DNA of 64,000 nucleotides from an uncultured Acidobacteriota bacterium. GTDB lineage: Bacteria > Acidobacteriota > Terriglobia > Acidiferrales > UBA7541. Positions 19,146 to 27,836 of this stretch are shown piece by piece. Each line of letters begins with the position of its first letter. Position 1 is the stretch's first letter. Location: the NCBI GenBank assembly GCA_963745805.1, contig CAVUYT010000018.1, positions 114,294-178,293 on the forward strand, given 5' to 3'. The notes beneath the pieces were generated by a model that saw only the letters and a program-made list of their open reading frames with translations, was not told where the DNA came from and made no database searches. The position numbers and the translations under genes were made by a program.

Positions 19146-20513
19146 ATGAGCGGGAATAGAAGAAGGTTTTTTCAGGACGCGGCTTTTTTTGGCGCTGGTT
19201 TTCTTGGACTGGCGGAGGCGATGCGCGGAAGCACGCCGACGAATGACGCACAAACGGCGCGAGAAACCGAGCAAGGACGCCACCATAGTCCGTATGGCAG
19301 CCACAAGAAGAAGGAAGTAGTGCCAACAGGGCCCGATCCGTTCTTGCCCATGGTCGCCCCGGACCTGGCGGACTTGCCTCACGAAATGGATGGCGCCGTG
19401 AAAGTCTTCAAACTGGTTGCGGAGCCCGTGAAGCGAAAAATCGCGCCGTTCAAGACGATCGAGGCATGGGGCTACAACGGGAGTCTCCCCGGGCCGACCA
19501 TTCAAGTGCAGCAGGGCGACCGCGTGCGCATTGTCTTCGAAAACAAATTGCCGGAAGCGACTTCGATTCACTGGCACGGTCTCGAAGTTCCCATCGAACA
19601 GGACGGCGTGCCGTGGATCAGCCAGAAGCCGATAGCGCCGGGAGAAAAATACCTCTACGAATTCACGGTGCATCAAGAGGGTACATTTTTTTATCACTCG
19701 CACGGGGCCATGCAGGAAATGATGGGGATGATTGGATTTTTTGTCGCGCATCCGGAAAAAAGCTACAAGCCGCGCGCCGATCATGACTTTGGCCTGATCT
19801 TGCAGGAGTGGGCCGTGCTGCCGAACAACGCCGTGCCGAATACAGCGGCGATGGAATACAACTGGCTGACATTTAACGGAGTTTCCGCGCCGGCGAGCAC
19901 ACCGATGATCGCGCGCCTCGGCAGCCGCGTCCGCTTGCGCATCATTAATATGGGGATGGATCACCACCCGATTCATCTGCATGGGAATCAGTTCGTTATG
20001 ACCGGAACGGAAGGCGGGCGGGCTCCGGAATCGACGTGGTATCCGATGAATACTGTATTGGTAGGCGTGGCTCAGGCTCGCGTGGTGGAGTTCGACGCCA
20101 AGTATCCGGGATCGTGGATGCTGCATTGCCACCTGCCCCACCACATGATGAACAGCATGATGGATCTCCTAAGAGACCGGGCACTCCAAACAGCCGGTTC
20201 GACCGATGCGCATGCGACAAGCCAGATGGAAACGCTGGCAAAAAGCGTGCCCTTCGAACACGTCCATCACTCTCCCATCGCGGCGAACGCGAACGCAGTG
20301 CCGGGGTTTCCGCAGGATGCCTTTATGGAAATGGGCATGGATGACGCAGTGGCCAAACCAGAGACGCATGGTCTGCCTCCGAACTGGAGCGCGGGGATGA
20401 TGGGCATGATGACTCTGGTACGCGTGCTGCCAGACAAGGACTACGAGGGGATGATGGCGCGGATTAGAGCAGGAAGCCAGGGAGTCAAAGAGGAACACCA
20501 CCATGAGTCGTGA
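19146..20513 (+). CDS. multicopper oxidase (CopA/PcoA-like), Tat-exported
   Basis: Twin-arginine leader MSGNRRRFFQDAAFFGAGFLGLAEA. All four copper-ligand motifs are present: IHWHG, FFYHSHG, HPIHLHG and HCHLPHHMMNSM (H-C-H-x3-H-x4-M). Met/His-rich C-terminal tail (GMMGMM, EEHHHES). Confidence 0.9.
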   Translation: MSGNRRRFFQDAAFFGAGFLGLAEAMRGSTPTNDAQTARETEQGRHHSPYGSHKKKEVVPTGPDPFLPMVAPDLADLPHEMDGAVKVFKLVAEPVKRKIAPFKTIEAWGYNGSLPGPTIQVQQGDRVRIVFENKLPEATSIHWHGLEVPIEQDGVPWISQKPIAPGEKYLYEFTVHQEGTFFYHSHGAMQEMMGMIGFFVAHPEKSYKPRADHDFGLILQEWAVLPNNAVPNTAAMEYNWLTFNGVSAPASTPMIARLGSRVRLRIINMGMDHHPIHLHGNQFVMTGTEGGRAPESTWYPMNTVLVGVAQARVVEFDAKYPGSWMLHCHLPHHMMNSMMDLLRDRALQTAGSTDAHATSQMETLAKSVPFEHVHHSPIAANANAVPGFPQDAFMEMGMDDAVAKPETHGLPPNWSAGMMGMMTLVRVLPDKDYEGMMARIRAGSQGVKEEHHHES

Positions 20514-20577
20514 GCCGGAGCAGAAGAGGATTTCAATACAGAGCACACAGAGAAGAGGTAGAAAAGAAAGGACGGAC

Positions 20578-22074
20578 ATGAGACTGGCTCTGAAATCTGG
20601 CGCGGGAATTCTGATAGGAATGGTGATGCTTGGCAGCGTGGGACGAGCGCAAGAAAAGCCTGAACAGCAAGGTGCGAAGATGCCGCCCGGAATGGCTATG
20701 CAGGAACAGATGCAGCATCACCACGGAGACGTTCCGCTCGTGAAGCCCGAGTATCCGCAGATGGGCCGGGCACAGGAACGGGCCGGCGCGCAAGTTGTCT
20801 CGCTGGAACAGGTTGAAAAGATGGCCCAGGAGACAAATCCCACGCTGCGGCAAGCCGAAGCGGAAATTCGTGCGGCCAAGGCGCGTCAACAGCAGGCAGG
20901 TCTCTACCCAAATCCTTCCGTGGGTTATACCGGCGATGAGATACGAGGCGGCTCGGTGGGCGGGGGCAAGCAGGGATTTTTTGTACAGCAGACGATCGTC
21001 ACGGCCGGAAAACTTGGCAAAAGCCGTGAGGTTTTCGGAAAAGAGGCCAAGCTGGCGGAGATCGAGGCAGAGGAGCAACGCTCGCGCGTCGAGACTGCGG
21101 TGAAGATGGCGTTCCTGCGCGTGCTTGCCGCACAGGAGTGGCTGGATGCGCGGCGCGATTTGGCAAAGATCGCGCAAGATGCCGCACAAACGCAGAGAGA
21201 ACTGATGAATACCGGGCAGGCGGATGAAACCGAAGTGCTGGCGGCTGAGGTAGAAGCGCAACGCATGCGCATGGCCGCACGGATGCAAGAGAATACACTT
21301 CGAGAGGAATGGCGTTCTCTGGCGGCAGTGGTTGGACAGCCGACTTTGCCGCTCGCTACCGTGGCGGGCGACTTGGAAAGAGGCTGGCCGGAACTGAACG
21401 AGGAAGAAGCCGTCGAAACTATCGCGAAACAGAGCCCTGCGGTGCGGATCGCGGAAACAACAGCTGGCCGTGCGGAAGCGGTGCTGGCCCGGGCCCAGCG
21501 CGAGCCTGTTCCGGACATACTGGTCCGCGCCGGAATGGAATACAACCACGAAACACTGGGAAGTGTGCCGTGGGCCAAAGGTTGGGAAGGGATCGCGGAA
21601 GCCAGCATTGAGGTTCCCTTGTTCAACCGCAACCAGGGAAACATCGCCGCGGCGCGCGCCGACATCGACCGGGCACAACAGGAAAAGACGCGCGTCGCGC
21701 TTACGTTACGGGAGCGTGCCGCCACCGTGGTCGATGAATATGCCAATGCCCGGTTGATGGCCGTGGAATATCGCGATGGAATACTTCCCAGCTCACGAAA
21801 GGCGTACGGCCTGCTGGTCGAGAAGTACGGGCAGATGCTGGCCTCCTATCCTCGAGTCCTGGAGGCGCAGCGCAAACTTTACGAGCTTCAGCTCGAATAC
21901 ATCGCTGCGCTGGAAGGTGTGTGGACCAACGGTTTGGCCTTGCAGGGATATTTGCTGACCGACGGTCTTGAAGCGCCGACACGACCCGGCGAAGTTGACC
22001 GGCCGATACGCGAAACCAACGTGCCCACGCCTGAGCGGAGCATGTCTCCTGGCGAAGCCATGCCGAGACCATAA
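20578..22074 (+). CDS. TolC-family outer-membrane efflux protein with Met/His-rich N-terminal extension
   Basis: Track ORF 20503..22074; ATG 20578 (MRLALKSGAGILIGMVMLGSVGRAQE, signal peptide) follows GAAAGGACGG. Two TolC-type repeats (e.g. LRQAEAEIRAAKARQQQAGLYPNPSVGYTGDE). The mature N-terminus is KMPPGMAMQEQMQHHHGD. Confidence 0.85.
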   Translation: MRLALKSGAGILIGMVMLGSVGRAQEKPEQQGAKMPPGMAMQEQMQHHHGDVPLVKPEYPQMGRAQERAGAQVVSLEQVEKMAQETNPTLRQAEAEIRAAKARQQQAGLYPNPSVGYTGDEIRGGSVGGGKQGFFVQQTIVTAGKLGKSREVFGKEAKLAEIEAEEQRSRVETAVKMAFLRVLAAQEWLDARRDLAKIAQDAAQTQRELMNTGQADETEVLAAEVEAQRMRMAARMQENTLREEWRSLAAVVGQPTLPLATVAGDLERGWPELNEEEAVETIAKQSPAVRIAETTAGRAEAVLARAQREPVPDILVRAGMEYNHETLGSVPWAKGWEGIAEASIEVPLFNRNQGNIAAARADIDRAQQEKTRVALTLRERAATVVDEYANARLMAVEYRDGILPSSRKAYGLLVEKYGQMLASYPRVLEAQRKLYELQLEYIAALEGVWTNGLALQGYLLTDGLEAPTRPGEVDRPIRETNVPTPERSMSPGEAMPRP

Positions 22075-22351
22075 GTCACGGTTAGATAGGGACTTAGGGA
22101 GCGGCTTGGAAGCAGACACCGGATAAGTTCCTTTCCTGTCGTGGCGCCTACGTGTCGAGTGCGAAACACTGGTACCCCGGTTAGATTGACCAACTGAAAT
22201 TTTAATGGGTACTGTGCAGGATAGGGCGTCCGCGTGTCAGCAGATGTGTTTCCCGCGTTATAGCAACCGGTAGGAAGCCCATTTTGCCGCGCCGAACATG
22301 GCTAAGGGACTGTCCGGGCGACGTTTAGCTCGCTTTTTTAAGGCCAAGGGC

Positions 22352-22398
22352 CATATTTAACTGGCTGGTTAAAATCATATTTAATCAACTGGTTAAAT
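22352..22398. promoter_or_regulatory. tandem 24-bp AT-rich repeat, each unit with dyad symmetry (candidate operator/promoter of the PEGA kinase gene)
   Basis: CATATTTAACTGGCTGGTTAAAA (22352-22374) and CATATTTAATCAACTGGTTAAAT (22376-22398). Unit 1 contains the perfect dyad TTTAAC-N6-GTTAAA; unit 2 matches 5/6. Located 35-80 nt upstream of the kinase start in an otherwise GC-rich context. Confidence 0.4.
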
Positions 22399-22432
22399 AA
22401 GCCGGCCAGGTCTGCGGTTCGCCGCGGATGTA

Positions 22433-24733
22433 GTGGATGGAAAGTCGAACGGGGCGATGACAACAGGTTTAAAAGCAGGACGTTACGAAATTATCGGCGA
22501 GCTGGGTCGCGGCGCCATGGGTGTGGTGTACAAGGCGACGGACCCGGTGATCGGCAGAACCGTCGCGGTAAAAACGATCAAATTAAGCGAAGAAGGCACG
22601 GGGATGTCCCGTCCTGAGCTGCTGACGCGGTTCCAAACGGAAGCCCGTGCGGCAGGCCTGCTGACCCACCCGAACATTGTTGTAGTCTTCGACGCGGGCG
22701 AAGAAGACGGCCTGTACTACATCACGATGGAGTTGGTAGAAGGCAAGAGCTTGCAAGCGCATCTGGACGGTGGCCAGGCGTTCGCATTACCGCGCGTGCT
22801 GCGCATCATGGAGCAAACGTGCAGCGCATTGCAGTTTGCGCATGAGCGAAACGTAGTGCACCGGGACATTAAGCCAGCAAACATCATGCTCGCGGCCGAC
22901 GATACAGTGAAAGTCACCGACTTCGGCACGGCGAAAATCCTGCAATTCGGCACGATGCAGCAGACGGCCCACGTCATGGGCACACCAAGCTACATGTCGC
23001 CAGAACAAGTCAAGGGCCGCGCGGTTGACGGCCGGAGCGATATCTTTTCGCTGGGCGTGCTGCTCTACGAAATGGTAACGGGTGAAAAACCCTTTCCCGG
23101 ACAGAACATCACGACGGTTATCTATAAGATTGTGAACGAAGAGCCAGTACCGCCGCGTCAGATTGACCCTTCGATTCATCCAGGCATCAGCGCGGTTGTG
23201 ATGAAAGCGCTGGCCAAAGAACCGGAAGCGCGCTACCAGAGCTGCCGCGAAATGCTCGAGGACTTGCGGAATTATCGCAGCGTCGCGCAGGGTGGAAGTC
23301 CGGATAAAACCATGGTGGTGGGCGGCCCAGGCGGGCCGAATGCCACGCTGCCGCTCCCGGGAACGGGCGTGGGCGCACAAGGCGGCCGGCATAATTATCC
23401 CGAAGATCCGATGACCGTAGCAACGACGCGATCCCTGAATGCGCGAGCTTCGAATCCCACGCAAACGCCCGTCGTGCGCCGCACCGGGACCATCACGCCG
23501 GTAGTGGAACCACCCAAAAAGAAGAGCGTCATCGGGAGCATATTCATTGCGCTGCTTCTCCTCGGCGTGATCGCCTATGGAGTACAGAAGCTGAGGCCTG
23601 TGATTGAGGATGTCCGGAAGATTAATGCGGCACAGAAGCCCGTTGACAACGCTTCCGCGACGGCACCCGCGCCGGGAGACAATGGGGCGAATACCTCTGC
23701 GGCGAATCCGGCCGGAACCGAAACGCCGATCGTGCCTATCCCCGAAACGGCTGCGGCAGAAAAGAGGGCGGCGGAACCTGGCGTTGAGAAGCCCGCTCCA
23801 AAGAAGAGCGAACCTGTGGTAAGCGCGCAAGCGGCCGAGTACAAAGGCCGAATCGAGGAAGCCATCGCAGAAAAAGGTTTAGCAGGACGGGCGAGAGTGC
23901 AGGCCATCGGAAGCACACTTGTTCTGGCCGGGAAACTGCGCCCCACGGAGCACGGGGCGTTACTGAAATTCTTGCGAAATGCTCCCGCAAGCGTGCGAGT
24001 GATCGACCATATTGAATACGAAGATGCGCCGACCGCTGACAAGGGACACGGCTCGGACGGAGGACATCCGATTCCGCCAGAAGGCAGTGGGGCAATCCAT
24101 GTGGTGACCGATCTAATCGGCGCCACGGCAGTATTGCGCGGCTCCGCGGGACGGGTTGTGAACCAATGTCAAACGCCGTGCAGCTTCAATGATCTTTCGC
24201 CTGCGCAATACAGCCTGGAGGTAGAGAAGGCGGGCTACCAGCCGATGCAGACGGCTCTGCAAGTGAAAGCCGGCAGTGTGCTCGATCAGAAGGTAACGCT
24301 GGAATCGCTGACGAAAGGATTGTATCTGACCAGCCGCCCGGCAGGGGCGGAAGTCTTCATCAATGGAGCGAAGCAATCTGGTCAAACGCCGGTCACGTTG
24401 CCGTTAGCGCCGGGCCAGTACAATTTAGTCGTGCGTCTACCGGGCTACGAAGCTTATGCGGGTAAGGTGCAGGTGAAGGACAATATCCAGACGCAACTTG
24501 ACCTGGAGTTGAACGCCAGGTTGGCATGGGCTCAGGTAGAAACGACTCCAAAAGGCGCTGAGATCTTTCTGGATGGGACGACCACGGGACAAACCACGCC
24601 GGCTCGGGTTCAGATGCCGGCTGGCCTCCACACACTGGTGGTAAGGCTGGACGGCTACCAACAGGTGAAGCGAACTGTGCAAGCCAGCGAGGGCGGGACG
24701 GTCAATCTCCACGAGACTTTAAGACCCAAGTAA
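22433..24733 (+). CDS. Hanks-type Ser/Thr protein kinase, single TM, extracytoplasmic PEGA repeats
   Basis: [28 protein letters not shown] and SPE kinase motifs. Pro/Ala-rich linker, TM VIGSIFIALLLLGVIAYGV. C-terminal PEGA-like modules (GAEVFINGAKQSGQTPVTLPLAPGQYNLVVRLPGYEAY; GAEIFLDGTTTGQTTPARVQMPAGLHTLVVRLDGYQ). Start is GTG 22433 or ATG 22457. Confidence 0.9.
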   Translation: MDGKSNGAMTTGLKAGRYEIIGELGRGAMGVVYKATDPVIGRTVAVKTIKLSEEGTGMSRPELLTRFQTEARAAGLLTHPNIVVVFDAGEEDGLYYITMELVEGKSLQAHLDGGQAFALPRVLRIMEQTCSALQFAHERNVVHRDIKPANIMLAADDTVKVTDFGTAKILQFGTMQQTAHVMGTPSYMSPEQVKGRAVDGRSDIFSLGVLLYEMVTGEKPFPGQNITTVIYKIVNEEPVPPRQIDPSIHPGISAVVMKALAKEPEARYQSCREMLEDLRNYRSVAQGGSPDKTMVVGGPGGPNATLPLPGTGVGAQGGRHNYPEDPMTVATTRSLNARASNPTQTPVVRRTGTITPVVEPPKKKSVIGSIFIALLLLGVIAYGVQKLRPVIEDVRKINAAQKPVDNASATAPAPGDNGANTSAANPAGTETPIVPIPETAAAEKRAAEPGVEKPAPKKSEPVVSAQAAEYKGRIEEAIAEKGLAGRARVQAIGSTLVLAGKLRPTEHGALLKFLRNAPASVRVIDHIEYEDAPTADKGHGSDGGHPIPPEGSGAIHVVTDLIGATAVLRGSAGRVVNQCQTPCSFNDLSPAQYSLEVEKAGYQPMQTALQVKAGSVLDQKVTLESLTKGLYLTSRPAGAEVFINGAKQSGQTPVTLPLAPGQYNLVVRLPGYEAYAGKVQVKDNIQTQLDLELNARLAWAQVETTPKGAEIFLDGTTTGQTTPARVQMPAGLHTLVVRLDGYQQVKRTVQASEGGTVNLHETLRPK

Positions 24734-24862
24734 GATCCGGAGTGAGCTGAAATACCTGGTTTGAAACGGCCAACAGCGGTGTCGAAGTGCTTTTTAGCCT
24801 GGTCCCCACCTACTTGGAACGTAACTTTTTGTAACAGACGTCTTGGCGGAGTTCCAAGACCA

Positions 24863-24892
24863 TAGAACCAAGCGATTCAAAACAAACGACTT
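24863..24892. repeat. left arm of an inverted repeat bracketing the HEAT-PilZ gene
   Basis: TAGAACCAA-GC-GATTCAAAACAAACGACTT. The 19-nt core at 24874-24892 is the exact reverse complement of 27785-27803. The TAGAACCAA block matches TTGGTTCTA at 27817-27825. Confidence 0.8.
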
Positions 24893-25065
24893 ATGATGGA
24901 AATAGGGGGGCAGGCAGCGTGCTTGCTTTATAGGCAAGGGTACCCTGCCCTCGCGCATCCTTTCTGTGGATAGGCAAGGTATAGGCCCCTACCTTTTGGC
25001 AGAACTAGCAAGTGGACTGAGCTAGACAGAAGCAAGTGGGGAAAAGATTGGGAGTCCGGGCCACC

Positions 25066-27684
25066 ATGCCGTTGGAAGCAGAGCGCTACGATGCCGAGTG
25101 GCATCCGCATGTGGAGCCCTCGTCGAAGACCACCGCGCGGCCAGTCCCTGGCGGAGCGGCGGAATCCCCTTCACCTGCTCCGGATGCAAGGACAGTGGCG
25201 CTCGTCCACGCGCTCCGGTGCCTTCATCTGTTGTTTCGCTCCGAACGGCTCTACGACAGGAACCATCCCCGGCGATTGCAGAGTTTGGACACCTCGTACG
25301 AGGCCCTGCGCGATCTTTCCAGTGTGCTAAACGGCATTGAAATCCACATCGAGCGAGGCGGGCTAGTCGTGCCGAAGCTCAGCGATGCGCACCTTCCGGA
25401 TTTGCGCGGGGAGATGCAGTCGCTGGCGCTGGATATGCAGCGCGCCGGAATTCAAGCGCTGGCTATTGCCCGGCAATTTCATGTAGGCGAACTGGACACG
25501 CTCGCGCAACTCTTCAAAGCATCATTGTTAAGATCGGAGGAGTCTATAAGGCGCGGGGGCAACTCCTGGTGGGCTGCGCGATTTTCGGAGAATCGCGTGG
25601 AAGGGATTTCCATTAATACCCAAACAGAACGCAAGGTGGATACCGTGCTCGCCAGTCTAATGGGCGCGTTGGTGGCGTACGGCGGAAACTCGCCTCGCGA
25701 GTCCACCGAGGCTCCCATTCTTCCGCCGGATATTGAGGATCTTGTAGGCGCGCTGCGCTTGATCGGCCGATTGACACCACCTCTTGAAGCCGCACGTGGG
25801 CTGGCCCCAGAGGAAGCGGCGCGGGCGATTCATGGAGCGATGGAAGACGCGAGCCGCGAGACGGTCCGGATGCTGCTCAGTTCGATTTCGCAGTATGCCC
25901 CGCGCGAGGGCGAGCGGCCGCAGCCATACTTGTTGCGTCTCTCGGAGAGCTTGATTCTTGAATTTCTCGGAGCGGAGTTTTCCGCCGGGACGCTTGCGCC
26001 ATCCGCAGTGCGGAAGACGTTTCACCGGTTGTGCGATGTGCTGGTTTCTTCGGGCGGATACACGGGCCCGCACTCTTCGCAACACCTCACCTTGCTGGCG
26101 ACCACCTGGGCAAACGACACGCACAGGGAACAGATTGTCGAGAAATTCTGGCTGGAATTGCCTGCGCGAGAGAAGTCTGGCGTGCTGCGCGGGCCGGATG
26201 TGTGGTGCGTGCCGGTTGTCGCGCTGAAGCGGACGCTAGGGCAACTGGCAGAAGCGGGAGCAGATGCCCCACGGCGCGAAGCACGAAACATACTGCTCAA
26301 CTATTCGCGCCGGGTCGAAAACGAAAATGCTTCGGCACGGAGAGCAGTAGCAGCTGGAATGAATGAGATGACGCCAATCATCGAGTCGCTCTGGCCCAAT
26401 CAATTGCCGGAAGATTTGAGCCGCGGAACGATGAACGCGCTGGAAAAGGAAACCATTCCAGAGACCGCCGCGCTCCTTGCAGCGTTTCTCGAAACGCTGG
26501 GACGAGTCGCCGTGACCCGCGGGGATTACTCCGGATTTGAAACCATTTTGATCGGTTTGGAACGGGCGCCGAGAGACACAGAGCACGATCACATGGCAGC
26601 GCTCGCCCATCGGCTGGTAGCGCAGGACCGCTGGCTGCTTTTGGTGGATGCCGCCCTGGCCAACCGTCCACTCGATCCGGTATTGCCGAGGCTTTTGCAG
26701 CGCGACCCGGAGAGGCTGCTCGATCGCCTGACGCTACTATTGACCGAACCACGCGGCGGGGAAATGATTTCGCCGATGGCGCGGCTGCTGCGAACTATCG
26801 GCGTGCCGGTGCTAAATCTTCTCGAGACGCGGCTCTATGAAGCCCGCAGGCAACGGGTGAGCGCAGCTATCAAGTTGCTTGCCGCCGCCGACCCGGAACG
26901 CCTGTTGCGCGGCCTGGCGCGAGCGCTGGCGAGTTGGGAGTGGAATTTGCAAGACCTGGCCGTGAGTGAACTGTCGCGGCCGTCCAATGCCGGTTCCGGA
27001 CAAAGCGCGGCTTTCGTGTTTTCCGCGATTCTTGCGGATGCCCATCCACTAGTTGTTCCGATGATGATTGACCAAATCGGTTTGGCTCAAGAGACGACCG
27101 CGGTGCCGCAATTGATGGAAATTGCCGCCGGCGAGCATGAAGTCCTGCGCGACCTTTTCGTGCGCATCAAGGCCATCGAGGCGATCGGCCGTATGCATGC
27201 CGTTGAAGCGGCGGAATTGCTCCGCATGCTAGTGGAAGGCCGCGAAGGGTTAGCATTTGCCGAGCCATCGGGACTGCGTGCGGCAGCGGAGGATGCGCTG
27301 GCGATGATTGAAGACCGCCCCTCCTCGACGCGGGCGCGCGCGCCGTTTGAATCGGCGCCGCAGACCAATGGCAGCTACGTTGTTCCTCGAAGGTATGTAC
27401 GAGTTCCACTGGAGTCCCCGTTGCGAGCGCAGATTGACGGCGCGCAAGCAGGCCTTGCTCGTGTGAAGACGATCAGCCTGGGCGGGGCGTATCTGGAGTC
27501 GCCGAAGAAACTCTCCGTGGGAGATTCCATCAAACTGGAAGTCCGCTCGGGGCTGCGCAGGATTCACTTCACCGCGGTAGTGCGCAATATTGGGCCGGAC
27601 GGCAGTGGGGTCGAATTTGTGCACATGAAGGACGACGACCGCGAAAAGCTGCGCAAGCTGGTGCAACGCCACTTACAGTTCTAG
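25066..27684 (+). CDS. large HEAT/ARM-like repeat protein with C-terminal PilZ domain (candidate c-di-GMP receptor)
   Basis: Track ORF 25036..27684 (GTG 25036; ATG 25066 used). Alpha-helical repeat body (e.g. PQLMEIAAGEHEVLRDLFVRIKAIEAIGRMHAVEAAELLRML). The C-terminal ~100 aa carries PilZ motifs RRYVR (RxxxR) and TISLGG ((D/N)xSxxG with T in place of D/N). Confidence 0.75.
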   Translation: MPLEAERYDAEWHPHVEPSSKTTARPVPGGAAESPSPAPDARTVALVHALRCLHLLFRSERLYDRNHPRRLQSLDTSYEALRDLSSVLNGIEIHIERGGLVVPKLSDAHLPDLRGEMQSLALDMQRAGIQALAIARQFHVGELDTLAQLFKASLLRSEESIRRGGNSWWAARFSENRVEGISINTQTERKVDTVLASLMGALVAYGGNSPRESTEAPILPPDIEDLVGALRLIGRLTPPLEAARGLAPEEAARAIHGAMEDASRETVRMLLSSISQYAPREGERPQPYLLRLSESLILEFLGAEFSAGTLAPSAVRKTFHRLCDVLVSSGGYTGPHSSQHLTLLATTWANDTHREQIVEKFWLELPAREKSGVLRGPDVWCVPVVALKRTLGQLAEAGADAPRREARNILLNYSRRVENENASARRAVAAGMNEMTPIIESLWPNQLPEDLSRGTMNALEKETIPETAALLAAFLETLGRVAVTRGDYSGFETILIGLERAPRDTEHDHMAALAHRLVAQDRWLLLVDAALANRPLDPVLPRLLQRDPERLLDRLTLLLTEPRGGEMISPMARLLRTIGVPVLNLLETRLYEARRQRVSAAIKLLAAADPERLLRGLARALASWEWNLQDLAVSELSRPSNAGSGQSAAFVFSAILADAHPLVVPMMIDQIGLAQETTAVPQLMEIAAGEHEVLRDLFVRIKAIEAIGRMHAVEAAELLRMLVEGREGLAFAEPSGLRAAAEDALAMIEDRPSSTRARAPFESAPQTNGSYVVPRRYVRVPLESPLRAQIDGAQAGLARVKTISLGGAYLESPKKLSVGDSIKLEVRSGLRRIHFTAVVRNIGPDGSGVEFVHMKDDDREKLRKLVQRHLQF

Positions 27685-27784
27685 CTCAGGATTTGTTGGA
27701 CGGACGAGAAATTGCTATAGCACTTTATCCCGTCGGCCCCCCTCCCCCCCGTTTTTTCGTAAGTGTTCATTCTAAAGAGAGATA

Positions 27785-27825
27785 AAGTCGTTTGTTTTGA
27801 ATCACCTTTATAAGTGTTGGTTCTA
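27785..27825. repeat. right arm of the inverted repeat bracketing the HEAT-PilZ gene
   Basis: AAGTCGTTTGTTTTGAATC (27785-27803) plus TTGGTTCTA (27817-27825), with 13 nt between the two blocks versus 2 nt in the left arm. The flanking direct sub-repeat TAAGTGTTCATTCTAAAGAGA (27760-27780) / TAAGTGTTGGTTCTAGAGGGA (27811-27831) matches at 17/21. Confidence 0.8.
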
Positions 27826-27836
27826 GAGGGATTTCG

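Noticed and set aside
18966-20144. Long antisense ORFs opposite well-supported genes (18966-20144, 20533-21678, 20925-21746, 22787-23830, 41142-42314, 42564-43340, 46013-46894, 56956-58248)
   Set aside because: Their translations are low-complexity and Arg/His/Pro/Cys-rich with no recognisable motifs. Each lies entirely within a motif-rich gene on the other strand. This is the usual shadow-ORF effect in GC-rich DNA.
24990-25010. TGGCAG-N5-GCA as a sigma-54 promoter upstream of the HEAT-PilZ gene
   Set aside because: The GG-to-GC spacing is 2 nt shorter than the TGGCAC-N5-TTGC consensus, the TTGC element is missing, and no enhancer-binding protein gene is nearby.
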